A DNA stretch of 64,000 nt from an uncultured Oscillospiraceae bacterium (lineage in GTDB: Bacteria > Bacillota > Clostridia > Oscillospirales > Oscillospiraceae): the NCBI GenBank assembly GCA_964504605.1, contig CAZDFB010000002.1, positions 5,037 to 69,036 of the forward strand, given 5' to 3'. A model generated the notes under the pieces. That model saw only the letters and a program-made list of their open reading frames with translations, searched no databases and was not told the origin of the DNA. Below are positions 36,741-46,172 of the stretch, piece by piece (the first letter of the stretch is position 1; each line of letters begins with the position of its first letter). A program made the position numbers and the translations under genes.

Positions 36741-37288
36741 CCTTCCTCCTGCAGCACCGCAGCGCTGTCAATAATCAGAATATTGGTTTCCGGGTCATAG
36801 GAAACCACATGGACCCGAAGCCGCTGCCCATGAGCAGCCTGGGCAGAATTTTCCGGAGTAGCCTCCGCCTTTTGACCGGCTGCGATTTCCCGGTCGGAAG
36901 AAACGGAAAGGACCTGAACCTTCAACCCGGGAACGAGGGCATCAAAGCTGTCTGCCTCCTCAATGACCCCGGTCAGGTCACCGGAAACATTCTGCTCCAG
37001 CCGGAGAATTACAAAGAAATCTGCCTGCTCTGTGATCGGTGCGCCATAGGGGGTGCCACCTCCGCTGACAATTACTTCCGTATTATCATCTGCCCCGATT
37101 TCTTCCGTGCTTTTGCCCCAATTCAGGAAACCGTCCACCATCCACAGAGCCGCAAGGCAAAGACAGGCTGCCGCAGCAAGGGCGGCCCACTGTATGACAT
37201 GAGGCCTGGAAAGACGCACATCCTCCGCCTCCTGAACATAGCGTTCATCCACGGCTCCCATAGCCTCCAGTAGCTGCCTTCCATTCAT
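36737..37288 (-). CDS. Putative anti-sigma factor (single-pass membrane protein)
   Basis: N-terminus MNGRQLLEAMGAVDERYVQEAE, then a TM (WAALAAAACLCLAALWMV). Translationally coupled to the ECF sigma gene. Confidence 0.5.
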   Translation of the reverse strand: MNGRQLLEAMGAVDERYVQEAEDVRLSRPHVIQWAALAAAACLCLAALWMVDGFLNWGKSTEEIGADDNTEVIVSGGGTPYGAPITEQADFFVILRLEQNVSGDLTGVIEEADSFDALVPGLKVQVLSVSSDREIAAGQKAEATPENSAQAAHGQRLRVHVVSYDPETNILIIDSAAVLQEEG

Positions 37289-37839
37289 AAACCGATCCCC
37301 TCCTTTTCCAGAAATGCCCGGAGCTTTTCCCGGATACGGAAAAGCCGGGTCTTGACCTTGCTCTGGCTCATACCGCAGCGCCGGGAAATTTGCTCTATGG
37401 TGTCCAGATACCAGTAGCGGCGCATGAACAAAATTCGGTTTTCCCGGGTCAGCGTGGCAAGGAAGCTGTTTAATGCTTCACCGATTTCCGCACCCTCCCG
37501 GGCAAGCTCCTGACGGTGATCCGGGATGCACATTTCCATTTCCTGCGTCAGGCACACCACCTCGGCTCTGCGTTTTTCGGCTCCCCGCTTGTCCAGAATG
37601 CCAAAGGCACAGTTGCGGCAGATTTTTGCCAAAAAGGCATATAGGTAATTGGGCCGGCCCGGCGGCATAGCGTTCCATGCGTTCATGTAGGTATCCTCCA
37701 CACATTCCTCAGCGTCCTCGGTAATGTATAAGACCTGATATGCCAGGCGAAAAAGCCTTTTGCCATAGACGGCATCTGTACAGGTGATTGCCTCTTCGTT
37801 CCGGCTCCAGTACAGCCCGATGATCTGTTCGTCCTCCAC
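37285..37839 (-). CDS. ECF-type RNA polymerase sigma-70 factor
   Basis: Region 2 (...AEECVEDTYMNAWN...) and region 4 (IEQISRRCGMSQSKVKTRLFRIREKL). GTG start 8 nt after AGGAGG. The upstream part of the longer ORF looks non-coding. Confidence 0.8.
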   Translation of the reverse strand: MEDEQIIGLYWSRNEEAITCTDAVYGKRLFRLAYQVLYITEDAEECVEDTYMNAWNAMPPGRPNYLYAFLAKICRNCAFGILDKRGAEKRRAEVVCLTQEMEMCIPDHRQELAREGAEIGEALNSFLATLTRENRILFMRRYWYLDTIEQISRRCGMSQSKVKTRLFRIREKLRAFLEKEGIGL

Positions 37840-37985
37840 GGCTTTCACCTCCTGTTTCCCTTCACCCTGTAAGAAGGAAAAATTATCCCCAGGGTTACAT
37901 TTTTTTGCAAATTTTTTATAAGGAAGCCGCCTGAATGTGACGATACAAACAGGCGGCCCGCTGACATTCCAATCTGGAATACTCT

Positions 37986-39185
37986 TTACTTTTTTACCCT
38001 GGCAGTGCGTCCAAGCAAAAGGCACAGCACCATAGTAAGGGGGAAAACAATGGCTGTCAAAATGCCCTTCTTCAGATTGCCGCCTGCGGCATTGGAGATA
38101 AACCCGACCAATGTGGGGCCGGTGGAGCAGCCAAGGTCACCGCCCAAAGCCAGCAGCGCAAACATGACGGTACCGCCGTTTTTAAGGGCCACGGAGGACT
38201 TGCTGAAGGTACCGGGCCACATGATGCCAACGGACAGCCCGCAGACCGCACAGCCTGCCAGGCTCAGGACAGGAATCGGAGAGAGGGTTATCATAAGATA
38301 GGCACCTATGCACAGCAGGGCGCTGCCCTTCATAAAGGAATCAAGGTCGATTTTGTGACCCAGCTTTCCGTAAATTGCCCGGGCAGAGCCCATGCAGATG
38401 GCAAAGGTCATGGGACCGGCCAGATCACCGGCTGCCTTGCTGATACCAAGGCCCTGCTCGGCAAAGGCGGAGGCCCACTGGGCAACGGCCTGCTCACTGG
38501 CACCGGAGCAGATCATCATAACCAGCAGAAGCCAGAAGGTCTTGTTGCAGAAAAGATCACGGAAGGTCATTCCCTGCTCACCCTCCGAAATCAGGGACAC
38601 CATGGGAGTCCGGGCAAAGATGAAGGCGTTGACAATGGGAATCAGCGCCCAAACACAGGCAAGAATCCGCCAGTTTTCAATCCCCGCAAGGAAGAAAAAC
38701 AGGGTGGAAAGCAGGACGACCCCCACCTGCCCCCAGCAGTAGAAGGAGTGGAGCAGGCTCATGGCAGCCTCCTTGTTGTCCGTAGGGCAGCTCTCCATAA
38801 TAGGACTTACAAGAACCTCCAGCAGGCCACCGCCAATGGCATAAATGACCACACTGATGAGAATCCCCGTAAAGGGCGGCAAAATTTCTGGGAGGAAGGA
38901 CAGCAGAATCAGCCCCAGGGCGCTGATAATATGGGCCGCAACGATGGAAATACGGTAACCGATCCGATCAACAAAACGGGCGGCAACCAGGTCCGTCAGC
39001 AGCTGCACACCGAAATTGATGGTGACGAGCAGCGTTATTTTGTCCAGCGGAATCTGATAGGATGTCTGGAAGGTGATGAACAGCAGGGGCGCAAAATTAT
39101 TGACAATGGCCTGGACGATGTATCCTACAAAGCAGGAAATGATTGTGGTTTGATAAGAAAGCCGTGAAGCAGCCTTAGTGGGCAT
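37986..39185 (-). CDS. MFS transporter
   Basis: About 400 aa with about 12 hydrophobic segments. Start at MPTKAAS with RBS AGGAGGAA. Confidence 0.8.
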   Translation of the reverse strand: MPTKAASRLSYQTTIISCFVGYIVQAIVNNFAPLLFITFQTSYQIPLDKITLLVTINFGVQLLTDLVAARFVDRIGYRISIVAAHIISALGLILLSFLPEILPPFTGILISVVIYAIGGGLLEVLVSPIMESCPTDNKEAAMSLLHSFYCWGQVGVVLLSTLFFFLAGIENWRILACVWALIPIVNAFIFARTPMVSLISEGEQGMTFRDLFCNKTFWLLLVMMICSGASEQAVAQWASAFAEQGLGISKAAGDLAGPMTFAICMGSARAIYGKLGHKIDLDSFMKGSALLCIGAYLMITLSPIPVLSLAGCAVCGLSVGIMWPGTFSKSSVALKNGGTVMFALLALGGDLGCSTGPTLVGFISNAAGGNLKKGILTAIVFPLTMVLCLLLGRTARVKK

Positions 39186-39358
39186 GGTACTTCCTCCTAA
39201 ATTTCGTACTGGGCTTATTATACGGTCAAATCCTGAATTTGACAACTGTTATTTACAGAATCCTACAGAAATCCGGAAAAAATGAAAAATTTACAAAATA
39301 TCATCTTTTCCGAAGAAAAAGGTGGTATACTAAGAAAAAAACATAAGGAGTGGACAGT

Positions 39359-40567
39359 ATGCAGGAAAACACGATTCTTACAGAAGCAAAAGCCATGGAA
39401 GCTGAAATTCTGGCCCACCGGCGGTGGCTCCATGCCCACGCGGAAACGGGCTTTGATTTGACGAATACCCTTCCCTATGTGCAAAATGCCCTGGAAGAAA
39501 TGGGCTATACCCCCATCCCCTGCGGCAGGGCCGGACTGGTAGCAACCGTTGGACAGGGGGACTCTGTGCTTCTTCTGCGGGCGGATATGGATGCTCTGCC
39601 CATTCAGGAGGAATCCGGTGTGGATTTCGCCTGTCACGATGGCCGGATGCACGCCTGCGGTCACGATATGCACACAGCCATGCTTCTTGGCGCTGCCGGT
39701 ATTTTGAAAAAACATGAGTCGGAGCTTCGGTGCACAGTAAAGCTGATGTTCCAGAGCGCGGAGGAAATATTTGAAGGCAGCGCGGACATGATTGAGCACG
39801 GTGTTCTGGAGAATCCAAAGGTTGACGCAGCTATGATGATCCATGTCACCGCCGGTGTCCCCCTTCCCGCGGGGACCGTTATCGTTTCCGCTCCCGGTGT
39901 CAGTGCCCCTGCGGCAGATTACTTTACCGTCCGGGTCCAGGGCAAGGGTTGCCACGGGTCCGCGCCCCAGAATGGTGTGGATCCCATCACAGCCGCGGCG
40001 CATATTCTGATTGCCCTTCAGGAAATTCAGGCCCGGGAGCTTGCGGCCTCTGACGAGGCTGTTCTCACCGTCGGAATCTTCCATGGCGGTACTGCGGAAA
40101 ATGTTATCGCGGACGGTGCTACCATGGGCGGTACCATCCGAACCTATGATGAAGGGACCCGGGCCTACCTGAAGGAGCGTATTCTTCAGATTTCTCAGGG
40201 TATTGCGACGGCCTTCCGTGCAGAAGCGGAGGTAACCTTTGGAAGCGGATGTCCAACCCTGGTAAATGACGCCGCACTGTGCAATCAGGTAGCGGGCTGG
40301 CTGAAAAGCCTCCTGGGCCCTGGAAAAGTCCTGACCACTGCCCCGCTCAGCCCCGACGGCAAGCCCAGCCGTGGCGGCGGATCGGAGGATTTCGCGTATA
40401 TCAGCCAGAAGGTCCCCGCTCTGATGCTGGCGCTCTGCGCCGGTGAGCCGGATAAGGGCTTCCTATATCCTCAGCACCACCCAAAGGTTCGGTTTGACGA
40501 AGACGCACTGACTACAGGCACAGCGGTTTTTGCCTGGAGCGCGCTGCAGTTTGGCGCAAAAGACTGA
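39359..40567 (+). CDS. M20-family amidohydrolase / peptidase
   Basis: GRMHACGHDMH metal motif. About 400 aa. ATG follows AAGGAG. Confidence 0.85.
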   Translation: MQENTILTEAKAMEAEILAHRRWLHAHAETGFDLTNTLPYVQNALEEMGYTPIPCGRAGLVATVGQGDSVLLLRADMDALPIQEESGVDFACHDGRMHACGHDMHTAMLLGAAGILKKHESELRCTVKLMFQSAEEIFEGSADMIEHGVLENPKVDAAMMIHVTAGVPLPAGTVIVSAPGVSAPAADYFTVRVQGKGCHGSAPQNGVDPITAAAHILIALQEIQARELAASDEAVLTVGIFHGGTAENVIADGATMGGTIRTYDEGTRAYLKERILQISQGIATAFRAEAEVTFGSGCPTLVNDAALCNQVAGWLKSLLGPGKVLTTAPLSPDGKPSRGGGSEDFAYISQKVPALMLALCAGEPDKGFLYPQHHPKVRFDEDALTTGTAVFAWSALQFGAKD

Positions 40568-40585
40568 CCCGGGGAAAGGATTTTC

Positions 40586-40614
40586 TCGACATTTCCAGAA
40601 TTCCATGCTATAAT
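40586..40614 (+). promoter_or_regulatory. Strong sigma-A-type promoter (extended -10)
   Basis: TCGACA - 17 nt - TATAAT with TGC immediately upstream of the -10. It drives a leader of about 225 nt before the RNHCP gene. Confidence 0.55.
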
Positions 40615-40845
40615 GGCCCGGAAAAAAGGAGATGATGCGTTATGACGAAGAGAACCAGCGGTTCCGATCGTCGCTGGATTTCCTGATACAGGATTCCAAA
40701 AAAACTTTAGAAAAACGAGGAATTGCGTTTGTTTATGAATCATTATGGTGCAGCGGTGATTGCTTCCTGAGCGGGAGGCTCGCACCCCAAAAACCGCAGC
40801 CTCCCGAAAGTGATTTTTTATCATAACTTTTAGGAGGAATCCCAC

Positions 40846-41253
40846 ATGAACCGGGAAAATAAAAGAAAACAGCACGAAAAAGGCTATTATAAAAACCATC
40901 CCTGCGAAGAAAGCTTTATTTGCCGCAACTGCGGCATGGAGGTTGTTCCCACGGGAGCAGCCTCAGAGCACAGAAACCACTGTCCCAACTGCCTCCATTC
41001 CCGTCACCTGGATATTGAGCCCGGTGACCGGGAGGCGGATTGCGGCGGGCTGATGGAGCCTGTATCGGTTTGGGTCCGCCGGGGCGGCGAATGGGCCATT
41101 ATCCACCGGTGCCGTCAGTGCGGCTGGCTCAGCTCCAACCGGGTGGCGGCGGACGACAACCCGGTGTTGCTTATGTCCATAGCCATGAAGCCTGTTGCCA
41201 ATCCGCCTTTCCCCATCGCGCGGATGCAGTCCATTTTTGAAAAGCTGGGATAA
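40846..41253 (+). CDS. RNHCP-domain protein
   Basis: Contains the eponymous HRNHCPNCLHSRH plus additional CxxC pairs. RBS TAGGAGGAA upstream. Confidence 0.8.
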   Translation: MNRENKRKQHEKGYYKNHPCEESFICRNCGMEVVPTGAASEHRNHCPNCLHSRHLDIEPGDREADCGGLMEPVSVWVRRGGEWAIIHRCRQCGWLSSNRVAADDNPVLLMSIAMKPVANPPFPIARMQSIFEKLG

Positions 41254-41261
41254 CGAGACAG

Positions 41262-41288
41262 CGCCCCTGACCGAATTGGTCAGGGGCG
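41262..41288. terminator. Bidirectional terminator
   Basis: CGCCCCTGACC / GGTCAGGGGCG stem. Confidence 0.55.
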
Positions 41289-41302
41289 TGATTTATGCTA
41301 TT

Positions 41303-41968
41303 TTATACACGGAAGCGGCGGAGAAAGGCCTTTTGCGCATCGGCAATCCGCCGGGATTCAATGGACTTTTGGATAGCCTTGTTATGGACCCACGGATCAA
41401 GCCGGTACCCCGTAATATAGGGCAGGGTATGTTCCCATTGCTTCGCCAGAGCGGTGGCAAAGTACCACGCAGCCATCATGCGGATATAGTATTCCTCCCG
41501 ACGGATGTTCCCGGCCCAGGAGAGAAATACCGGATCAAACCGGTCATCCAGAAAGTGTACCATCAGCATTTCCAGCCCGAACCGGACGGTGTACTCCCGT
41601 GGGGAGGCCAGCCATCGTTGGATACAGGGAAGCAGCTTATCCCGGTTTTGGGAAAAGCACCGGGGGCGAAGCTGGTCACAGGTGGCCCAGTTATCGATAT
41701 AGGGCAGAAATTCCTCCACCTGGGAAATAACCACATCAAAATTCTTCTCCCGCTCAAGGGAAAATGCGTGAATCTGATTTTCCTCAAAAAACCGATAGGG
41801 CAGCTGCTGCCGGAAAAGCTGCGGGTCAGGAAGATCCCTGGCAATTTCTCTCAGCTCCGGCGTCGGAACCCCCAGAATGGTTTCCGGAGGAACCGTGGGA
41901 AGCAGACGGCGCTGAAAGGCGGCGTAATCCTCCTTCCGCAAAGAGAAAATCCGCTCCTCCGGGGTCAT
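41303..41968 (-). CDS. DNA alkylation repair protein (AlkD-like HEAT-repeat family)
   Basis: 221 aa. ...GVPTPELREIA...FEENQIHAF...IDNWATCD... is the pattern typical of the family. Confidence 0.75.
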   Translation of the reverse strand: MTPEERIFSLRKEDYAAFQRRLLPTVPPETILGVPTPELREIARDLPDPQLFRQQLPYRFFEENQIHAFSLEREKNFDVVISQVEEFLPYIDNWATCDQLRPRCFSQNRDKLLPCIQRWLASPREYTVRFGLEMLMVHFLDDRFDPVFLSWAGNIRREEYYIRMMAAWYFATALAKQWEHTLPYITGYRLDPWVHNKAIQKSIESRRIADAQKAFLRRFRV

Positions 41969-42840
41969 ACCCGGCGCTCCGTCAGCTCCTTTGCCAGAGC
42001 CGTCAGGTATTCGGTGCTTTCAAAGGCGGAGAGAGCTTGGATGGCGTAGTCCGTATATTTTTGCACCAGTGCCTCGCATTTTTCCAGACCGTAAAGCCGG
42101 ACGAAGGTGTTCTTCTTTCCGTCGGTGCCCACACCCTTGCCCATTTCTGCCTGGGTGCCGATGACATCCAGCATATCGTCCCGAATCTGGAAGGCCAGAC
42201 CCAGGCCTGCGGCAAACTGGGCCGCTGCTTCCAGCTGCTCCTGGGTACCGCCGCCGGCGATGACACCAAGGCAGCAGGCCGCAGAGATCAGGCAGCCGGT
42301 TTTCCGGCTCTGAATGGCAAGAACCTCCCATTCTGTCAGCTCCCGGACCTCGCTTTCCATGTCCAGAACCTGACCGCCCACCATGCCCAGAGAACCGACG
42401 CACTCGGAAAGTATGCCGATGGCATTGCGCAGCGCGTCCAGATCCGCTACCTCATTCCGGGCGGCTACGGTAAAGGCATCCGTCAGCAGGGCATCCCCCG
42501 CCAGAATCGCCATGGCCTCTCCGAAGACTCTGTGGTTGGTGGGCCTGCCCCGGCGGAAATCGTCGTTGTCCATGGCGGGCAGGTCATCGTGAATCAGGCT
42601 GTAGGTTTGAATCATCTCAATTGCAGCAGCAAAGGGAGCGGCTTTCTTCCAGTCCTTACCGCACATCTGGCAGAAGGCAAAGGTAAAAATGGGGCGAAGC
42701 CGCTTGCCGCCGCCCAGAAGGCTGTATTCTATGGCCTCAAACAGCTTTTTCTGTGGCTCATCATGGAACTGGGCGTAATAATCCTTCAAATAGCATTCGA
42801 TAAATTCCCGATATTCCCGGGTCTGAGCCTCAAGCTTCAT
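41965..42840 (-). CDS. ispA: Polyprenyl (farnesyl) diphosphate synthase
   Basis: Asp-rich motifs LIHDDLPAMDNDDFRRG and FQIRDDMLD. Start at MKLEAQ with RBS AGGAGGAA. Confidence 0.85.
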   Translation of the reverse strand: MKLEAQTREYREFIECYLKDYYAQFHDEPQKKLFEAIEYSLLGGGKRLRPIFTFAFCQMCGKDWKKAAPFAAAIEMIQTYSLIHDDLPAMDNDDFRRGRPTNHRVFGEAMAILAGDALLTDAFTVAARNEVADLDALRNAIGILSECVGSLGMVGGQVLDMESEVRELTEWEVLAIQSRKTGCLISAACCLGVIAGGGTQEQLEAAAQFAAGLGLAFQIRDDMLDVIGTQAEMGKGVGTDGKKNTFVRLYGLEKCEALVQKYTDYAIQALSAFESTEYLTALAKELTERRV

Positions 42841-43063
42841 CCTGGAATTCCTCCTCCACGGGTCTGCCATCCTCTGCGGTCATAATCTTCTTTACCTGCA
42901 GCTGGGCATTCTCCAGAAGCTGATTGCAGCTGCGCACCAGCTCGGTTCCCTCCTGAAAAAGCTTCAGGCTTTCCTCCAGGGGCGCGTCACCCCGCTCCAT
43001 GGTACGGACAATCTGCTCCAGACGGGCCATGGACTGCTCAAAGGTCATATTCTTTTCATTCAT
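42830..43063 (-). CDS. xseB: Exodeoxyribonuclease VII small subunit
   Basis: 77 aa. FEQSMARLEQIVRTMERGDAPLEESLKLFQEG. Confidence 0.9.
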   Translation of the reverse strand: MNEKNMTFEQSMARLEQIVRTMERGDAPLEESLKLFQEGTELVRSCNQLLENAQLQVKKIMTAEDGRPVEEEFQDEA

Positions 43064-44273
43064 TGCTTATCAGCTCCTTCTTTTCCATAACTGTGGCGTG
43101 GACAGTGCCGTCGCTGAGGCGGACACGGATCCGCTCACCAAGCTGTATCTGCTGTACGGAACGCAGGATTTCGCCGTTTTCTCTCTCCGCCATGGCGTAG
43201 CCACGGGTCAGTACCTTCAGGGGGCTCATGGCATCGAGCTTGGCTGTCAGCGCGACGTAACGCTGGGAACTCCTGGAAATAATCTGATTTTCGGACGAAA
43301 TCAGCCGGTTTTTCAGGTATTCCAGGTTTTGCTGCTTCTGGCGCAGGTAAGCCTCAGGGCTTTGCAGGGCGGGACTTTTTCCCAGAGTGTCCAGGTGACG
43401 GCGGGCGTTCCGGATTTGGCGGGCCAGAGCGGAGGCCATGGTGCCGGACATGGAATCCAGCATTTCCGTAAGCGCGTCCCGGTCCGGCACAGCCAGCTCG
43501 GCAGCATTGGAGGGCGTTGCGGCACGCAGATCCGCAACATAGTCCGAAATGGTCACATCGGGCTCGTGGCCCACGGCGGAAATTACAGGAATCTCCGAAT
43601 GGTAGATGGCCCAGGCCACCTGCTCGTCGTTAAACGCCCAGAGATCCTCGATAGAGCCGCCGCCTCTGCCAACAATCAGAAGATCTGCCAGCCGATGGCG
43701 ATTGGCATAGCCGATGGCTGCGGCAATCTCTCCCGGTGCCTCTGCTCCCTGAACCCGGACAGGCAGAAGCCGAACCCGGGTCAGCGGATAGCGCTTTCGG
43801 AGAATGCGGAGCATATCGTGCACCGCGGCACCGGCGGAGCTGGTAATAATTCCGATGGTGCCGGGATATTTGGGCAGGGGCTTCTTGTGGGCCGGATCAA
43901 AAAGGCCCTGAGCGGCAAGCTTTTTCTTCAGCTGCTCAAAGGCAGCGTATAAATCGCCTACGCCGTCCATTGCCATGGCGGTAACATACAGCTGATAGGC
44001 ACCGTCCCGGGGATACACGGACACCTTGCCCATAGCGATAACCTGCATACCGTTCTCCGGCCGGAACCGAAGGCGCATAGCGTTGCCCTTGAACATTACA
44101 CATTTCAGGGCGGCCCCCTCATCCTTCAGGGTGAAATAGTGATGGCCTGAGGGGTACATCTTATAGTTGCTGATCTCTCCGCGTACCGCAACGGCATTGA
44201 GAAGACCGTCGCTGTCCAGCTTTCCACGGATGTACTCGTTAAGCTGAGAGATGGAAAGCACCTGCTGGGCCAT
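43056..44273 (-). CDS. xseA: Exodeoxyribonuclease VII large subunit
   Basis: 405 aa with an N-terminal OB fold (..VRGEISNYK...SGHHYFTLKD). Coupled to xseB. Confidence 0.93.
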   Translation of the reverse strand: MAQQVLSISQLNEYIRGKLDSDGLLNAVAVRGEISNYKMYPSGHHYFTLKDEGAALKCVMFKGNAMRLRFRPENGMQVIAMGKVSVYPRDGAYQLYVTAMAMDGVGDLYAAFEQLKKKLAAQGLFDPAHKKPLPKYPGTIGIITSSAGAAVHDMLRILRKRYPLTRVRLLPVRVQGAEAPGEIAAAIGYANRHRLADLLIVGRGGGSIEDLWAFNDEQVAWAIYHSEIPVISAVGHEPDVTISDYVADLRAATPSNAAELAVPDRDALTEMLDSMSGTMASALARQIRNARRHLDTLGKSPALQSPEAYLRQKQQNLEYLKNRLISSENQIISRSSQRYVALTAKLDAMSPLKVLTRGYAMAERENGEILRSVQQIQLGERIRVRLSDGTVHATVMEKKELISNE

Positions 44274-44277
44274 AATT

Positions 44278-45198
44278 TCACTCCTGACTTCTGTGGGCTA
44301 ATACGGCAACACCCATGGCATTGTCCGTAGAATACTGGGGCTCGGAAAAAACCGGATCCAACGGCGCAATCCACTGGCGAAGCAGCGAATTGGAAGCGAC
44401 ACCCCCGGAGAAAACAATCCGAAGTCCCGGATAGGCCTTCAGGGCCTGACGGGAGGCCTGCTCCACTGCCCCGGCAACACATCGCAGCGCATAGCCGGCG
44501 GTATCTGCCGGGGAATTTCCAGACTGAAAATACTGCTGCACTTTATTCTGGACGCCGGACAAGGAAAAGGTCATGTCCTGGCATTTGACCTTGAATACAT
44601 CCTTCTTCTCCCCTTCCCGGCTCAGTGCATCCAGATGCTTGCCGGATGGGAACGGAAGGCTAAGCAGCTGACCCGTCCGGTCGATGAGCTGACCGGCGGA
44701 GATGTCGGAGGTACCGCCGATTTTTGTACACCGGACATTTCGCCCCTCAGGCTCCACCAGCAGCAGCTCCGTGGTTCCGCCTGACAGATGCCAGGCCAGA
44801 TGGGGCACATCCATCAGCTCCAGATGTCCCGCACTCCAGAGGGAAGCGGCAACATGGCCCTGCTGATGGGAAACCTCCACCAGGGGGACTTTCAGGGTAC
44901 TGCTGAGCATCACAGCGTGGGAATAACCCACCATAAAGCAAGGCATATAGCTGCCATCTACGGCCCGGGGGCGGGTGGATACACCTACGGCGGTGATTTC
45001 CTCTTGGGGAATATGGGAAAACAGCCTGCCGGAAAGCTCCGGCAGGCTTTTAATGTGGGCAAATACAGCATCAGACTGACGCAAACCAAGCTCCCCCTGC
45101 TTCACAGGCAGAAGTCTGGAGCAATTCTCACCGCCGTTACCGTCAAACCAGGCAATAGAGGTGGTGTAATTGCTGGTATCAATGCCAATCACGCTCAT
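44278..45198 (-). CDS. Kae1/TsaD-like (peptidase M22 / ASKHA fold) protein
   Basis: MSVIGIDTSNYTTSIA... N-terminus and ...GGVASN... near the C-terminus. The assignment is tentative. Confidence 0.5.
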   Translation of the reverse strand: MSVIGIDTSNYTTSIAWFDGNGGENCSRLLPVKQGELGLRQSDAVFAHIKSLPELSGRLFSHIPQEEITAVGVSTRPRAVDGSYMPCFMVGYSHAVMLSSTLKVPLVEVSHQQGHVAASLWSAGHLELMDVPHLAWHLSGGTTELLLVEPEGRNVRCTKIGGTSDISAGQLIDRTGQLLSLPFPSGKHLDALSREGEKKDVFKVKCQDMTFSLSGVQNKVQQYFQSGNSPADTAGYALRCVAGAVEQASRQALKAYPGLRIVFSGGVASNSLLRQWIAPLDPVFSEPQYSTDNAMGVAVLAHRSQE

Positions 45199-45671
45199 TG
45201 GCTGTCCTCAGTGGCAGGAGCGGTCAAACTCCGTGCAAAGGCACCCAAAATGCCGTTGACAAAGGAGCCGGTATCATTTCCGTCATACTTCTTTGCCAGA
45301 CGAACCGCTTCGGAAACGGCAACGCCTGTGGGAACATCCTCCACATAAAGGATCTCATAGATGGCAAGCTGCATGACGGCCCGGGCCAGCCGGGAAATCC
45401 GGGTCACATCCCAGCCAATGGAAAACTGCTGGATGGTGGCATTCAGGTCCTCCTGGCGGTTGGCTACGCCGGAAACCACATTGTCGATATAGCTCAGCTG
45501 AGCTCTGCTGGGGCGCTCCGCATAAATATCATTTTCACCGGAAAGCTTCTCATAATAGGCCTTGTCCAGCCGGGTGGATACAACCTGCTGGGGCTCCTCG
45601 CCGGTAAATTCCCGGCTATAAATCAAATGAACAGCCAGTTCTCTGGCGTTTGCTCTTGTCATACCTCTCAA
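45195..45671 (-). CDS. nusB: Transcription antitermination factor NusB
   Basis: ARELAVHLIY...ISRLARAVMQLAIYEILY..DVP..VAVSEAVRLAKKY. Confidence 0.9.
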   Translation of the reverse strand: MRGMTRANARELAVHLIYSREFTGEEPQQVVSTRLDKAYYEKLSGENDIYAERPSRAQLSYIDNVVSGVANRQEDLNATIQQFSIGWDVTRISRLARAVMQLAIYEILYVEDVPTGVAVSEAVRLAKKYDGNDTGSFVNGILGAFARSLTAPATEDSQ

Positions 45672-45674
45672 CCC

Positions 45675-46043
45675 TTACCGGCGGACGATGCCGCACACGT
45701 TTACATTCACCTGATTGACCTTGACACCGGTCATATTTTCAACTGTCGTTGTAATGCTTTCCTGGACAGCCTTTGCCACATCCACTACGCTGGAGCCGTA
45801 AGCAATCATCACAGAGCAGTCGATGGAGACGGAATTATCCTCGGCAATCACAATCTTCAGGCTCTTGCCCCAATTCTTCTTGATGGCAAAGTCGGCAATG
45901 CCGATGTCAGGCCGGGTGCCCATAGAGCCCAGACCCTCCACCTCGGACAGAGCGTAGGCAACAATGGTAGCGATAACGTCCTCAGATACCATAACGTTTC
46001 CGTTTTCCTGGACCTGGGTGATGTACTGTTTAGAATCAGCCAT
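45675..46043 (-). CDS. Asp23/Gls24-family envelope stress protein
   Basis: ...VSEDVIATIVAYALSEVEGL...VNVNVCGI. Start at MADSKQ with RBS GGAGG. Confidence 0.8.
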   Translation of the reverse strand: MADSKQYITQVQENGNVMVSEDVIATIVAYALSEVEGLGSMGTRPDIGIADFAIKKNWGKSLKIVIAEDNSVSIDCSVMIAYGSSVVDVAKAVQESITTTVENMTGVKVNQVNVNVCGIVRR

Positions 46044-46172
46044 AAAAGTAAACCTCCTAGATTTTGCATACCTTGCGGCATGACACACTTTTATTTATTG
46101 TACCACCCTTTCCGGGAAATTACAACTGTTTTCTGCGTGGAAAGCCCGGAGATTTTCATCTCCGGGCCTGAA

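Noticed and set aside
40621-40845. T-box or known riboswitch upstream of the RNHCP gene (AGAGA, ATTATGGTGCAGCGGTG).
   Set aside because: The similarity to the T-box consensus (AATTAGGGTGGTACCGCG) is poor. There is no specifier-loop or antiterminator architecture and no canonical terminator. The region is kept only as an unexplained leader.
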